In this document: positions 13,630 through 27,924 of the stretch, piece by piece
How positions within the stretch are numbered: the first letter of the stretch is position 1
How the letters are laid out: each line of letters begins with the position of its first letter
DNA from: Octopus vulgaris
Taxonomy: Eukaryota
Length of the DNA: 64,000 bases
Reading direction: 5' to 3'
Assembly (NCBI GenBank): GCA_951406725.2
Contig: OX597831.1
Span: forward strand, 47,678,001-47,742,000
Notes under the pieces: generated by a model
Told to the model about the DNA's origin: nothing
Database searches by the model: none
The model's input: only the letters and a program-made list of their open reading frames with translations
Program-made: the position numbers and the translations under genes

Positions 13630-13829
<200 letters not shown>

Positions 13830-14109
13830 GATAGGTTTCCCTACATGAATGATCATAAAATCTCAGACGCTCATATGTTACCCATATGTACAATCTGTAT
13901 CAACATTCATATTCTTTCTATATATTTTGTATGCGTATAAATGGTTATTTTTATAGTGAGTCATCGAACGCTCGTTCGTACACACACACACACACACACA
14001 CACAAACTTTATTTTGTTCTTTTATTTGTTTCAGTCATTCGACTGCAGCTATGTCGCCTTCAGTCGAACAAATCGACCCTAGGACTTATTCTTTGTAAGC
14101 CTAATACTT

Positions 14110-14433
14110 ATTCCATCGTTCCTTTCTCATTACTTTCGACACAGTACTTCTTGATACACCAAACATTTCAGCTGTTTTCGCTACGCTAGCGTCTGCCATA
14201 CGAGCACCAACAATTTGACCTCTTTGAAAGCCCGATAGATCTGCAAATTTAATGAATCTTAATTACCTTTTTCTATTGATATCTGAAAAGAAACAGCAAT
14301 TTTATCAAAACATATTAAGCAACACTAATAATAAATAAAAAGATATAAAAATAAACAAGCTTTTGACGGTTTTATTGATATTTTAAAATTTTGATGCTAG
14401 GATGCTAGGCGTTTCCATTATTTTGCCCGACCC

Positions 14434-14437
<4 letters not shown>
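14110..14437 (-). mobile_element. Tc1 transposon 5' fragment
   Basis: TA-CAGGGG terminus. DLSGFQRGQIVGARMADASVAKTAEMFGVSRSTVSKVM matches the Tc1 N-terminal HTH. Confidence 0.85.
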
Positions 14438-14496
<59 letters not shown>

Positions 14497-14512
14497 TAAA
14501 TACGCAACCGAA

Positions 14513-14602
14513 AGAGCTACTCATAGTTTCATGCTATTATGATACGTGAGCATGCATATTTATAAAATACGGCATGTCGCTTAAAGCAATCTTTCAGGCT
14601 TT
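14513..14602 (-). ncRNA. Hammerhead-ribozyme-like motif (extra A in core)
   Basis: AAGC-CTGAAAGA-TTGCT..AGCAT-GAAA-CTATGAG-TA-GCTCT, next to (TA)n. Confidence 0.5.
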
Positions 14603-14662
14603 GATTAGGCACTGTATATAATTAAAAAAAAATTGTGATGTGATGTGATGTGATGTGTGCGA

Positions 14663-14743
<81 letters not shown>

Positions 14744-15359
14744 TTTGTGTATGTGTTTGTCTCACACCATCGCGTAACAACAGCCGTTGGTTTATTTACG
14801 TCTCCGTAACTTATCGGTTCGGCAAAAAGAGACTGATATTACAAGTACCACGCTTAATAAAAAGTAAATATTGGGATCGATTCATTCGACTAAAAGAAAA
14901 AAAAAAGGTGGTGCCCCAGCATGACTGAAACAAGTATCAGATAAAAGAAATCCAGGTGTTGACACCTGTTGATTCATCACCACAGGTAACCTCCACCCGG
15001 AGAATCGCCACTTTACCTGAGAGTACAATGACATTTTATGCAGGTGATCTTCATCTGAAGCATGTAATTTAAATGAAATTTGGCAGCTATATTTAGCAAA
15101 TTAAGCGACTGCGTATAAGTTCGTAATATTTCTGGTTGTGGAGATCTATGATTAACGACATTCCAACCATGGGCATCCCATTTTTTCTGTTCAGGTATAG
15201 TGTTCTCCTCCAAGGGTCTACATTATCAATTGTGTCCTAGTTTTATTTTTATTTATTAAAATTTTGCATATTTTTTGTGACTTTAAGGGGTGGATTGAGG
15301 GAGTTTTCGGCTACTATTTCTAGCGTGACGAGCGTTATCATTGAAGCACACAAGAATTG

Positions 15360-15394
<35 letters not shown>

Positions 15395-15871
15395 CACATA
15401 TGCACTCGCACACGCACACACACACCTGTATATAAATATACACGTGCAATCTACCTTCATCCCTATCTACCTACCTAACTACCTACTTACCTACCTACTT
15501 GTCCATATGTCTGTCTGTCTATCACACACATACATACATACATACATACATACATACATACATACATACATACATACATACATACATACATACATACACA
15601 CATACATACATACATACACCCTTACACACATACATATAAACACAGATATGAGAGGGAGAGGTGGGGGTGGTAAACGGAACGAAATCCTGTGAAGAATACA
15701 ATGTACGTATAGGTAGAATACAGTTAATGATGATGATGATGATGATGATGATGTGGTGTGTTGTGGGAGGAGAGAAATTCGGAAGAAATCATGTGTTCGG
15801 ATGATGACAACAAAAGCCAGAGAATTTGGTAGGGACGTATTCGATGTCAGAAACGAGTCGAAAAAGATAGA

Positions 15872-15941
<70 letters not shown>

Positions 15942-16114
15942 GTTTGTTTGTTTGTTTGTTGTGTGTGTGTGTGTGTATAGATAGATAGTTAGATAGATAG
16001 ATAGATAGCTAGATAGATAGATAGATAGACAGACAAATAGATAGGTAAATAAATAGATCAATAGACAGATAGATCGACCGATCGATAGATAGACAGGCAG
16101 ACAGACAGACAGAC

Positions 16115-16163
<49 letters not shown>

Positions 16164-16205
16164 GACAGATAGATAGATATACAGACAGACAGATAGGTAG
16201 GTAGG

Positions 16206-16274
<69 letters not shown>

Positions 16275-17084
16275 TGAGAGATAGATAGATAGATAGATAG
16301 ATTGAGAGATAGATAGATAAAGAGATAGATAGAAGGAAAAAGAATTGTAGGAGGAGATATATTAAAGGAATATAAAGTATAGGAAGGGATGAAGAAGAAG
16401 GAAAACTGATACATGAGTAAATGTTTGGATGTTTGTGATAGAAAGAAAAGAAAATAAATTCAATAAAAAAAAATGCAAAATCAAGTGGAAGAGTGTAAGA
16501 AAGAAGTAAAGAAGAAAACTAGAGACTTCGTTGAGGATAAGCGATGGGGGAAGTGGAACTTGGTGGTGAGAAAGGGGCTGAGAGAGAGAGAGAGAGACAG
16601 AAAGAGAAAGAGAGAGAGAGGGGGGTAGAGCGAGATAGTGAGAGAGAGAGAGAGAGAGAAAATGTGATTGTTGTCTCGCTAGGAGCGGAGTAGAGTAATT
16701 TTTGCGGATCAACGTTGATTGCCAAGTGAAGTCGCAGCAAAGCTTCTTTCAAGAGGAGATAACTCTGCCTATTTATTTACTGAATCAGAGTAAGAGAAAT
16801 TATTTCACATGTCTCACAGCGCTACCGTTTCTACTTAAGTTGGCAATTGGTGAGTAACGAACAAGTGATTTCTTATATGAAATTAACCGTCACACCGGTT
16901 TATTATTATTATTATTATTTTTTTTTTTTCTCTCTTTTTTTTTTTTCTCTCTCTCTCTGATTATTTTTTTCTAATACTTCTCGATCCTTATTCCACCCCA
17001 ACCTCTTTTCTAATGCACCATCATTAACCCTCTCCCCTCTCTCTCTCTCTCTCTCTCTCTCTTCCTACCCGTTTCTAACTCACC

Positions 17085-17833
17085 AACACCGCTACCACCA
17101 CCACCACTGCCACCACCATCACCATCACCACCACTACTGCCACCACTGCCACCACCACCACCACCACATCACTACTGCCATCACCACCACCACCACCACC
17201 ACCACCACCACCATCATCAATTTCACTGTCTTCAATTCCACCGCCCTCCAATACAATATATCTACCCCCACCCATTTTTAGCCCTCTAACACCGCCGCCA
17301 CTACGCCCCACCCCCGCCATTACCACCACAAGAACAACAGCAACAACAACAGCAATCATCAAACAAGCTGCCAATACACTATTAACATCATCACACGGCT
17401 ATTATCATCTTCACCAGCAGCACCACCACCACCACCACCACTATCACCAGCACCAGCACCAGCATCACCACCAGCACCACCACCATCACCACCATCACCA
17501 CCACCAACAACAACAACAAAATAACACCGCCAGCACCAGACCACTATCGCCAGCACCGCCAGCCACAAATAAAAACGATCACTGCTATTACTTCAGTTTC
17601 CACATCAATCATTACTTATCAATGCTATTACTACCACCGCTACCGCCACGACCACCACCACGAAAACCACCACCAAGGAAACCACCACCACCACCACCAC
17701 CAACATCACCATCATAAACGTTACCACACTACCCCCGAATCCATTGGCACCCACTCCGGGTTCCTCATTCTCACTCCCACCCCGCCATCGTCATCTCCCA
17801 CCACCACCACCACCAGCACTATTGTCACCTACA

Positions 17834-17904
<71 letters not shown>

Positions 17905-17905
17905 A
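17085..17905. repeat. Degenerate (ACC/CAC)n low-complexity tract ending in (ACT)n
   Basis: Visible triplet repeats giving poly-G/V/T/P pseudo-ORFs. Confidence 0.9.
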
Positions 17906-18310
17906 AACAATACTTTTACTTTCACTTCTCTGAAAACTTGTTTAATGTCTTCGAACTCAGGTTGACTGAGAAAAAAAAAAAAAATTCGCATGATTTATAC
18001 ACGACATGTACACGCGCGTGTTTTTGTGTGAGTGTGTATATACACAAACGTATCTGGCTATTTGCGTGCATATACATATATGCGAGTATGTGCGTCTGTA
18101 TGTGTATATATATATATATATATACGTTTAAATATTTGTTGTGCAAGATTTTTTATGTGAAGTCGTGTGTTGAAATAAGATTAAGATTAATGTAAAAAAA
18201 TAAATAACACTGAAGCAAAATAACACCAAATATATAGTGCGTGTGTTTTTATTGGCTAAACTGGCAATATGACCATTCCGAAATATAACAATATATATAT
18301 ATATATATAT

Positions 18311-18515
18311 AAATTCTATAATTATGAGTATAATTATAATTAGGGTTCAGCAAACTTTGCTTCACCACATACCGAAATTTAGAAATAGCAGTGAAACTAC
18401 TATTTTACTACCAAGATATCTTATAGCAGTTTAACTGCTATTTCTAAATTTCGGTATGTGGTGAAGCAAATTTTGCTGAACACTAATCATAATTATACTC
18501 ATAATTATAGAATTT
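18311..18515. repeat. Inverted repeat, ~82-bp arms, ~41-nt spacer; same family at 56590-56695 and 57094-57121
   Basis: AATTCTATAATTATGAG..AGAAATAGCAGT versus ACTGCTATTTCT..CTCATAATTATAGAATT. Confidence 0.9.
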
Positions 18516-18894
18516 TTGTATAAGTTTACCGATAATGGTTCTTCTAACATACCGAACAACTTGGTAAAATTATTAATTATTAATAATTAATTAATTAATT
18601 AATTAATTAATTTTACCCTTTATTATTATTGAATATATATATCTGTGTGTGTATGTGTGTCATTGTCGATGTTTTAGTATTTGTATGCGGCTTGGTAGTG
18701 TATATGTACGTATATATATGTGTGTGTGTATGTACATATGTGTATGTGTGTATATATACATGTTCGTGTGCGTATATGTATGTATATATAGGCATACTTA
18801 CATTTGTATTCATATATATATATAGCTACATGAATAGGAATAGTTATGTGTATTGCTATGCATGCACACACTGACATGTGTGTATGTATGCAGG

Positions 18895-18928
<34 letters not shown>

Positions 18929-18938
18929 TGTATGTATG

Positions 18939-18990
<52 letters not shown>

Positions 18991-18992
<2 letters not shown>

Positions 18993-19640
18993 CGCAGGAG
19001 TGGCTGTGTGGTAAGTACCTTGTCTACCAACAACATGGTTCCGGGTTCAGTCCCACTGCGTGGTACCTTGGGCAAGTGTCTTCTACTATAGCCCCGGGCC
19101 GACCAAAGCCTTGTAAGTGGATTTGGTAGACGGAAACTGAAAGAAGCCCGTCGTATATATGTATATATATATATATGTGTGTGTTTGTGTGTCTGTGTTT
19201 GTCCCCCTAGCATTGCTTGACAACCGATGCTGGTGTGTTTACGTCCCCGTCACTTAGCGGTTCGGCAAAAAAGAGACCGATAGAATAAGTACTGGGCTTA
19301 AAAAGAATAAGTCCCGGGGTCGATTTGCTCGACTAAAGGCGGTGCTCCAGCATGGCCGCAGTCAAATGACTGAAACAAGTAAAAGAGTGAAAGAGAGTAA
19401 GAGTATATATGCGTGTGTGTGTTTGTGTGTCTGTGTTTGTCCCCCTAAGCATTGCTTGACAACCGATGCTGGTGTGTTTATGTCCCCCGTTACTTAGCGG
19501 TTCGGCAAAAGTGACCGATAGAATAAGTACTGGGCTTACAAAAGAATAAGTCCCGGGGTCGAGTTGCTCGATTAAAGGCGGTGCTCCAGCATGGCCGCAG
19601 TCAAATGACTGAAACAAGTAAAAAGAGTAAAAAAGAGTAT
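18991..19640 (+). mobile_element. Full-length tRNA-derived SINE family A plus a tandem duplicate of its 3' half
   Basis: A-box TGGCTGTGTGG, B-box GGTTCAGTCCC, CORE-like CCTTGGGCAAGT, internal (TA)/(TG) tract, (AAAAGAGT)n tail. 19410-19640 repeats the 3' half. Confidence 0.92.
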
Positions 19641-19873
19641 ATGAATATATATTTGTATGTACATTTGCATGCATACATCTGTATATGCATGATGTATATA
19701 TCTATGCATGTATACATGCTTATATGCTACAAGTATGTATCCATCCAGCCATCCTTTCATCCCTCCATACATAGATACATGCCTACATACATGCATGCAT
19801 ACACACACACCCACACACACGTATATATATATATATATATATGCATATATATACCTATATCTCTATCCTCTAT

Positions 19874-19934
<61 letters not shown>

Positions 19935-20494
19935 TATATATATAATTGTTTGTTTGTTTTCCACCTGCCTTCGTCTTTTGTCTATTTTCATAAAGCTTCC
20001 CGTTATATATAAATATATATATATATATAAATATTTACTTAAAAAAAAGTTTATGTACATCTATATGAAAGTGTGTATGAATGTATCCATGTATACGTAT
20101 TATATATTACATGTGTATATATTTATTACATGTGTGCGCGCGGACATGCATGCGTATATATACACATGAGTGAATACACACTTATGCCACACAAATTCTT
20201 TTTATGCATATTTTATTCGTTTGGCTCTGAAAGTTAAAACTAAATGTTTAAGAATACTAAGATTCCTCTCACTGTCTCTCTCACCCCCTCACGTTCAACT
20301 CCTCTCATATATCTAAATGTTTCTTTGTTTGTGTGTATGTGTGTGTGTGATATGTGTGTGTGATATGTGTGAGTGACTGTAACTCATAGATGTATATGTG
20401 TGTGTCTAATACTTGCACAACCCAAAACTTCTTTCTCTAATGAAAAGGTTGGATTGTTATTGCGTTTGTTGATGTTTCGCGCCGGTTCATCCTT

Positions 20495-20566
<72 letters not shown>

Positions 20567-20817
20567 CGTGATCCCCGTGACCGACCAGGCTATCAGATGT
20601 TGCTAAACATCGCTGGTCACAATGCGCTTCAAATGACGCCACCCCGTTGGCTAAGCGAGCAGGCCAACAGAAGAAGGAGTGGCGAAAGTCCAGCAGGGAT
20701 CGCCACCATCCCCTGCCAGAGTCTCGTGGAGGTGCTTTTGCTCAATAAACACTGGCAACGCCCGGTCTGGGAATCGAAACCGCGATCCTACGACCGCGAG
20801 TCCGCTACCCTAACCAT
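20567..20817 (-). mobile_element. tRNA-derived SINE (family C body, alternative tail); second copy at 56270-56563
   Basis: TGGTTAGGG..GGTTTCGATTCC head, GAGCxAAA body shared with 26603, tail GGTCGGTCACGG. Confidence 0.8.
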
Positions 20818-20840
20818 ATATATGTATGTATATATATATG

Positions 20841-20914
<74 letters not shown>

Positions 20915-20933
20915 CATATATATATACATATAT

Positions 20934-21010
<77 letters not shown>

Positions 21011-21629
21011 CATATACACATATATTTACACACACACACACACACACCACATATATTAATTTGTATGTGCATCAGAGACTACTTTCTGTAACCCGTCCTT
21101 CTTTATTTCAATCTTGCATGTGATTTGTGCGATATTTGGTTGCTATTTCTTGTGGGTCAAGTTATTGCGTAGAAGTTCCCTCGTTGCAAGGCGAATATGT
21201 AAAATCGGTTGTATTAGAGTCGTCGTATATATTGTTAATTCTCCATCATATTTTAAAAATTCTACTGAGGTCTAGGGATCTCAAGTCAGCTTAGAAAGGA
21301 TTCGAACTAAGAACCTGGCGACTCTTGAACTAGCCGTTCTTGTCTTCGTGGTATTTAGCATGAGGTTATCTTTGATAAAGCAGACTTCATGGTCAAAAGC
21401 TTTGAAGACGTTTTTCTTTCGTTTTTCTAAAGAGTAGTGGTACTGTATCGAATAATCAACAACGGGTCCCCCTATATTTTAAAAAATATAGTATGGTGTA
21501 TTTTGAGGGGAGCTTGGTTGCTGTTTCTAGCAAATGGAGCAACTACATAGCAGGTCCTTCTTTTAGTTGTTTCAGACAGTGAATTATGACCATGCTTGGT
21601 CGCCGACATCTATCGCTCAAATAAGAATA

Positions 21630-21837
21630 ATAATCCTTTCTACTATAGGCACAAGGCCTGAAATTTTAAGGGAGGAGGTTAGCTTTATAATGTCGATCCC
21701 AATGTTCAACCGACACGCATTTTATCGACCCCTAAAAATGATGAAAGATAAGGTTGACTGGTGGGATTTGAGCTCAGAACGAGAAGAGCATTTCTTACCA
21801 CACTCTAACTATTCTGCTATCCTACCGCCCTAATAAC

Positions 21838-21917
<80 letters not shown>

Positions 21918-21925
21918 TGATGATG

Positions 21926-21990
<65 letters not shown>

Positions 21991-22201
21991 CCTTTTTACT
22001 GAAGGCACAAGGCCTGAAATTTAGGGGAGAGGACTAGTTATTACACTGATCCCAATGTTTCACTAGAACTTAATTTATCGATCCCGAAAGGATGAAAGGA
22101 AAAGTCGACCTCGGCGGAATTTGAACTCAGAACGTGAAGGCGGATGAAATGTCGCTAAGCATTTTTCCGGCGTGCTAACGATTCTGCCATCTCGCGTTTT
22201 C

Positions 22202-22260
<59 letters not shown>

Positions 22261-22465
22261 TAATAATAATAGTCTTTTCTATTATGGGCACAAGGTCTGA
22301 GATTTGGGGGAGGAGATTAGTCGATTAATCAACTGGTACTTAATTTATCGACCATCCGAAAGGATGAAAGGTAAAGTCGACCTCGGCGCAATTTGAACTC
22401 GGAACGTAGCGACGGGCAAAATACGGCTAAGCATCTTGTCCAGCGTGCCAACAATACTGGCAGCA
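21630..22465 (-). mobile_element. Three tandem SINE family B copies separated by (AAT)n
   Basis: Reverse complement of family B at about 21630-21830, 21990-22200 and 22270-22465. Confidence 0.85.
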
Positions 22466-22715
22466 GGATGTGCTACTTGACCTGAAGGAAATTCTGAACC
22501 ACACCTGCAATGCCATGTCCTGTTTATCCTGTGATCACCATATCGCGCACATTTTGTTGTGATCCATGTGTCTTGTCTGCCCTTATCAGACAGGTAGCCA
22601 TGATGGATATATTGGGCTTCGTATATTTCTATCCCAGTGTCACATAGATGACATGCTTGCTTTCTCTCTCTCTCTCTCGATAATAATAATAATAATAATG
22701 ATAATAATAATAATG

Positions 22716-22771
<56 letters not shown>

Positions 22772-23238
22772 CCTCTCTACTATAGGCACAATAACATTAA
22801 GGAAAGATTCCTGTGGTGTAAAAATATGCCAGGGTGTGGAAATGATATGGTAAAAGTGTGTGTGTGCATGTATGTGTGGGTGTGTTTGTGTGTGTGTATG
22901 TGTGTGGGAAGAGTGAGAGGAGAGAGAGAGAGAGAGAGGGAGAGAGATTCAGAAAAACGCTATTGGCACGTGCACACACCAACACATGCAAACGCTACTG
23001 GCGCGCACTCGTATACATATACACAGGCGATAATTACAGTGTATGTAAGTATACGTAGGAGTGAAGAAGTGGGGGGGGTTATGTGTATCTATGAGCACGC
23101 CATTACAGTTACTATTTGTGTAAGCGTGTGCATGTGTGCACGTGCATGTAACGTTTGCTTGACATTCTCTCTCTCTCACTGTTTACCTGACAATTTAACG
23201 CATGCATCTTAAAGCAAATCATTGTCGTGAAGATTGAA

Positions 23239-23317
<79 letters not shown>

Positions 23318-23362
23318 ATATCTATCTATCTATCTATTCTATTCTATCTATCTATCTATCTG

Positions 23363-23492
<130 letters not shown>

Positions 23493-24275
23493 TCTATTCT
23501 ATTCTATTCTATTATATATGTTAAAAATCCTGTTCCTAACTGCCTTCGTAAGATATTTGTGACAATATGTCCTAGATACGGATTCTTTTCCAACTATCTG
23601 TATATTAATAACCATCTTTCTTTCTTCGTAAAAGTTGTGTAATTGTACGTCCTATGTAGAGACATTACCAACAATATAATATTAAGTGCTTCCTAAAGTA
23701 TATTATTACCGAAACAAAGTTTGATGTATTATGGTAGACAATGAACAGAGAATGCGACTGCGAGAATTGAATCGGGAGAGGCAGAGAAGATACAAGGAAC
23801 GATTAGGGGAAAGTGCAAAGAAAAGAAAAAATTAGTAGGATAGAGAGGAAAATTTAAGAATGACGAGAATTTAGGAGGAAAGAATTGAAATAAATGCAAG
23901 AAATGAAGCTAGAAGGTATCGTTTGATGAACAACAACGAAGCTGAAGTTAATAGGAAAAGAACGAGAATTGTTAATCAAGAAAGAAAGCAAAATATGAAC
24001 GATGATGATAAGCAAGAATGTTATTAGGAATAAACCAGAATAAGAAAATATGCTGGACGAGAAAACATGATCGAAGAGAACAGACAAGATTTTCTAGAAA
24101 TTAATCAAAGGATTATGAAAGAAATGATAGGATATTATGATCGAGTGTGGAAATGCTTATATGGCTGACACTGTACCACAAAATGAGCCACGGAATTTCC
24201 ACTGGGAATACTGGTAATAGTGATTTCTTTATTAACCACTAGGAGTGTACACAAAGAACAAGAACAGCACAGAGT

Positions 24276-24790
24276 GATCATCATCACTGTTCGACCGTGG
24301 TCGAGACAATGGAATTTACTATGTTACGCCAGACTTCACGGCCCATCATAGATGTCTTTACTACCCACAAGGGGCTAAACACAGAGGGGACAAACAAGGA
24401 CAGACAAACGGATTAAGTCGATTACATCGCCGCCAGTGCGTAACTGGTACTTAATTTATCGACCCCGAAAGGATGAAAGGCAAAGTCGACCTCGACAGAA
24501 TTTGAACTCGGAACGTAACGACAGACAAAATACGGCTACGCATTTCGCCCGGCGTGCTAACGTTTCTGCCAGCTCGCCCCCTTACGGCCCATCATAGCAT
24601 TACGGAGGTCCTGTTGCTGGATGCCTGTATCCCTAGAGATTACATCAGGGTAGGAGTGTGTGCGTCCTTTGGTATCGCGAGCAGATGGCTTCCAGAGGAG
24701 AAGAGTAGAAATTACCTCGTTTTCAGCTCTACAACAATGTCCAGTAAACTGGACTCTTCTACCTTTCACAAGAGATGATACAGGAGGTAG
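24276..24790 (-). mobile_element. RTE-type LINE 3' fragment interrupted by a SINE B (24352-24583) with a 14-bp target-site duplication
   Basis: GHCCRAENEVISTLLLWKP..YPDVISRDTG..AMMGR, (GAT)n tail. TSD ACGGCCCATCATAG at 24338-24351 and 24584-24597. Confidence 0.8.
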
Positions 24791-25718
24791 TTTCCCATAT
24801 ATTTGTACTTTGGTTGGATGACGCTTCCACGAGAGATTTTGAGTGATACAGTATAATGCGAGGACATGAATTCTTGTACAAAGTTAAATAACAAAAATAA
24901 ATAAGAAGCATTAAACAAGAAAAAATTCTCCAAAAGCAAGGAGACTTACGACGGCTGCACGTGGAAGCCTTACAATATCATGGTCACTCTGAACACTTGG
25001 CAAGCGCCCTCTTATCCTCTTTCCTCAATCTACTGGCGCACGCTGAGAACAGGACCGTTCACTCGGAGTACTGCTAGTAATAAGAAAAGTAATATACATA
25101 CTAAAATACGAAGTTCATTGCAACGTAACATTTGCTTTTGTTTGTTTGTTTGTTTGTTATATGACATAAAAAAAAATAATTAGTCACTGATGGAAGATAA
25201 CCATACAAACAAGACAACCTGTTGATTGTAAAATTCTACTTTCACTTTTGACACGATTCTGAAGCCAATTTCAACCAAATGTGTATTTAGCACAGTCGAG
25301 CAACTGATTAACCATCTGGCAATACGAGTCCCTTATAATTAATTACTTACATATTATAGCAGGTTCCTCAGCGAAAGGAGGAGTAATCACATTTAGAAGC
25401 GCACGTTATTCTCATTCGTTTGGTGGATTAAAAAGACAAGTTTTAAAACCTAGTTGGAGCTGATTCAAGCCATATTCTCTATTTCACTTCCACGATTAAC
25501 ACGTTTCAAGAAAAACACGAGTGTCGTTGTACAATCGCGATCACTTATATCTGCACATTTACGACAGTCTAGTTCGATTTCAATCAAATACATCTACCGT
25601 ATGTCGGTTTTAGACTTAATGAACTTGGATGCACTTTGTTTAAAAAAAATTACATCAGAAAGTTTCATGAAAATTGAGAACATATATTTCATTTTTTAAA
25701 AATATCATCTTGAGGTCT

Positions 25719-26290
25719 AAGGCGGTGAGCTGGCAGAAACGTTATCACGCCAGGCGAAATGCTTAGCGGTATTTCGTCTGCCGTTACGTTCTGAGTTTAA
25801 ATTCCGCCGAGGTCGACTTTGCCTTTCATCCTTTCGGGGTCGATAAATTAAGTACCAGTTACGCACTGGGGTCGATGTAATTGACTTAATCCATTTGTCT
25901 GTCCTTGTTTGTCCCCTCTATGTTTAGCCCCTTGTGGGTAGTAAAGAAACAGGTATTTCGTCTGCCGTTACGTTCTGAGTTCAAATTCCGCCGAGGTTGA
26001 CTTTGCTTTTCATCCTTTCGGGGTCGATAAATTAAGTACCAGTTACGCACTGAAGTCGATATAATCGACTTAATCCGTTTGTCTGTCCCTGTTTGTCCTC
26101 TCCGTGTTTAGCCCCTTGTAGGTTGTAAAGAAATAGGTATTTTGTCTGTCTTTACGTTCTGAAGAGTTCAGATTCCGCCGAGGTCAACTTTGCCTTTCAT
26201 CCTTTCGGGGTCGATAAAATAAGAACCAGTTGAGTTCTGGGGTCGATGTAATCGCCTTATCCCCAACTCCCACAAAAAATTACCGGCCTT
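25719..26290 (+). mobile_element. SINE family B internal multimer (3 units); similar at 34970-35712 (+) and 39570-39900 (-)
   Basis: B-box-to-GTAAAGAAATAGG unit repeated head-to-tail after a single A-box head. Confidence 0.9.
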
Positions 26291-26602
26291 TGAAATTAAT
26301 ATTTTTTTGAGATGCCTGCTGTTTGTGAAACATTAAGTTTTAACCTTTTGAGTACGTAACTAAGTTTTAGATTGTTGAGCTATAAGTAACTCAGCACTGT
26401 CCCTACTACACTTTCAAGCAACAAGTTCCTCCTTCTCTCTTCTGTCTCTCCCTTCCTCGCTTCTCTCTCTTTCTTTCTTTTCTCTCCTCTCACTTTCTCT
26501 CTCTCTCTCTCAGCTTGGTTACTCAGCTAGAGTAATCCTTCGAGTGAAGTTTGATTAATTTTAGAGGGGGCTCATATCTATATAATCGCAATCTTTTAAT
26601 GT

Positions 26603-26907
26603 GTGTAGGCACATGGCCCAGTGGTTAGAGCCGCGGAATCATGATCGAGAGATCGCGGGTTCGAATCTCCACCCGAACGATGTGTGTGTTTATGAGCGAA
26701 ACACGTAAGTTCCATGCGGCGCCGGCAGAAGGTAATGGTGAACTTCTGCTGACTCTTTCGTCACAACTTTCTCTCAGTCTTTCCTCCTGCATCTAGCAGC
26801 TCACCTGCGACGGACCGGCGTCCCGTCCAGGTGGGGAACCTATACGCCAATGAAACCGGGAAACCGGCCTTTACGAGCCAGGCATGGCTCGAGAAGGAAC
26901 AAACAAC
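26603..26907 (+). mobile_element. tRNA-derived SINE family C with V-domain-like block
   Basis: TGGCCCAGTGG A-box, GGTTCGAATCT B-box. CTGCGACGGACCGGCGTCCCGTCCAGG resembles the V-SINE CTGCGATGGACTGGCG..TCCAGGG motif. Confidence 0.85.
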
Positions 26908-27178
26908 TTTTTAGTATATTACATAGAAAAAAAATAGGTGTATGGTGGTGGTCAGTCATTTTCAGGGACTTATGAACTCTGGTACTGTACCGTTAAATTA
27001 ATACCCTCACCGCCTTTGTTAAATTAGGTCTTCCTATCTACCTTCCACACATTCACGAAGAGATTCATGGCCCTAATAGCAATAGTGTAGCGGTGGTAGA
27101 GGAGAGTGACAGGGAGTGGTCTTTCCCCGGGCGAGCTTGTATGGGGGTGGCACATCAGGGTCTGTTGGAGATCCAGGT

Positions 27179-27478
27179 TTGTTCCTTGTCGAGTCATGCC
27201 TGGCTCATTAGGGCCGGTTTCCCGGTTTCCTTGGCGTATAGGTTCCCTACCTGGACGGGACGCCGGTCCGTCGAAGGTGAGCTCCAAGATGCAGGAGGAA
27301 AGAGTGAGAGAAAGTTTTGGTGAGAGAGTCAGCAGGAGTTCTCCACCATCTTCTGCCGGAGCCGCGTGGAGCTTAGGTGTTTCGCTCATAAACACACACA
27401 TCGCCCGGTCTGAGATTCGAACCCGCGATCCCTCGACCGCGAGTCCACTGCTCTAACCACTAGGCCATGTGCCTTCAC
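27179..27478 (-). mobile_element. SINE family C, inverted relative to the 26603 copy, with 12-bp TSD
   Basis: TSD GGAGATCCAGGT at 27167-27178 and 27479-27490. Inserted into a hAT-like MITE remnant. Confidence 0.9.
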
Positions 27479-27764
27479 GGAGATCCAGGTGGGGGTGCGA
27501 AAATTTAAGGGTCGTCATCATTCACCTAAAAGATCCCTTGTAATTATTTTAATTCTTTTCTTATTAAGGCAGCAAGCTGGCGGAATTGTCACCGTGTCGG
27601 ACAAAATGCTTAGTGACATTTCGTCCGTCTTTACGTTCTGAGTTCACATTCAATGGTGGTCGAATTTGCCTTTAATTATTTCAGGGTCGATAAAATAAGT
27701 ACCACTTAAGCGCTGGGGTTCGATGTGATCGACTATCCTCTCCTAAAATGTCAAACCTTGTGAC

Positions 27765-27821
<57 letters not shown>

Positions 27822-27825
27822 TAAG

Positions 27826-27924
<99 letters not shown>

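Noticed and set aside
17075-17991. Gly/Thr/Pro-rich mucin-like coding exon
   Set aside because: Degenerate triplet repeat with frame changes and no convincing splice boundaries.
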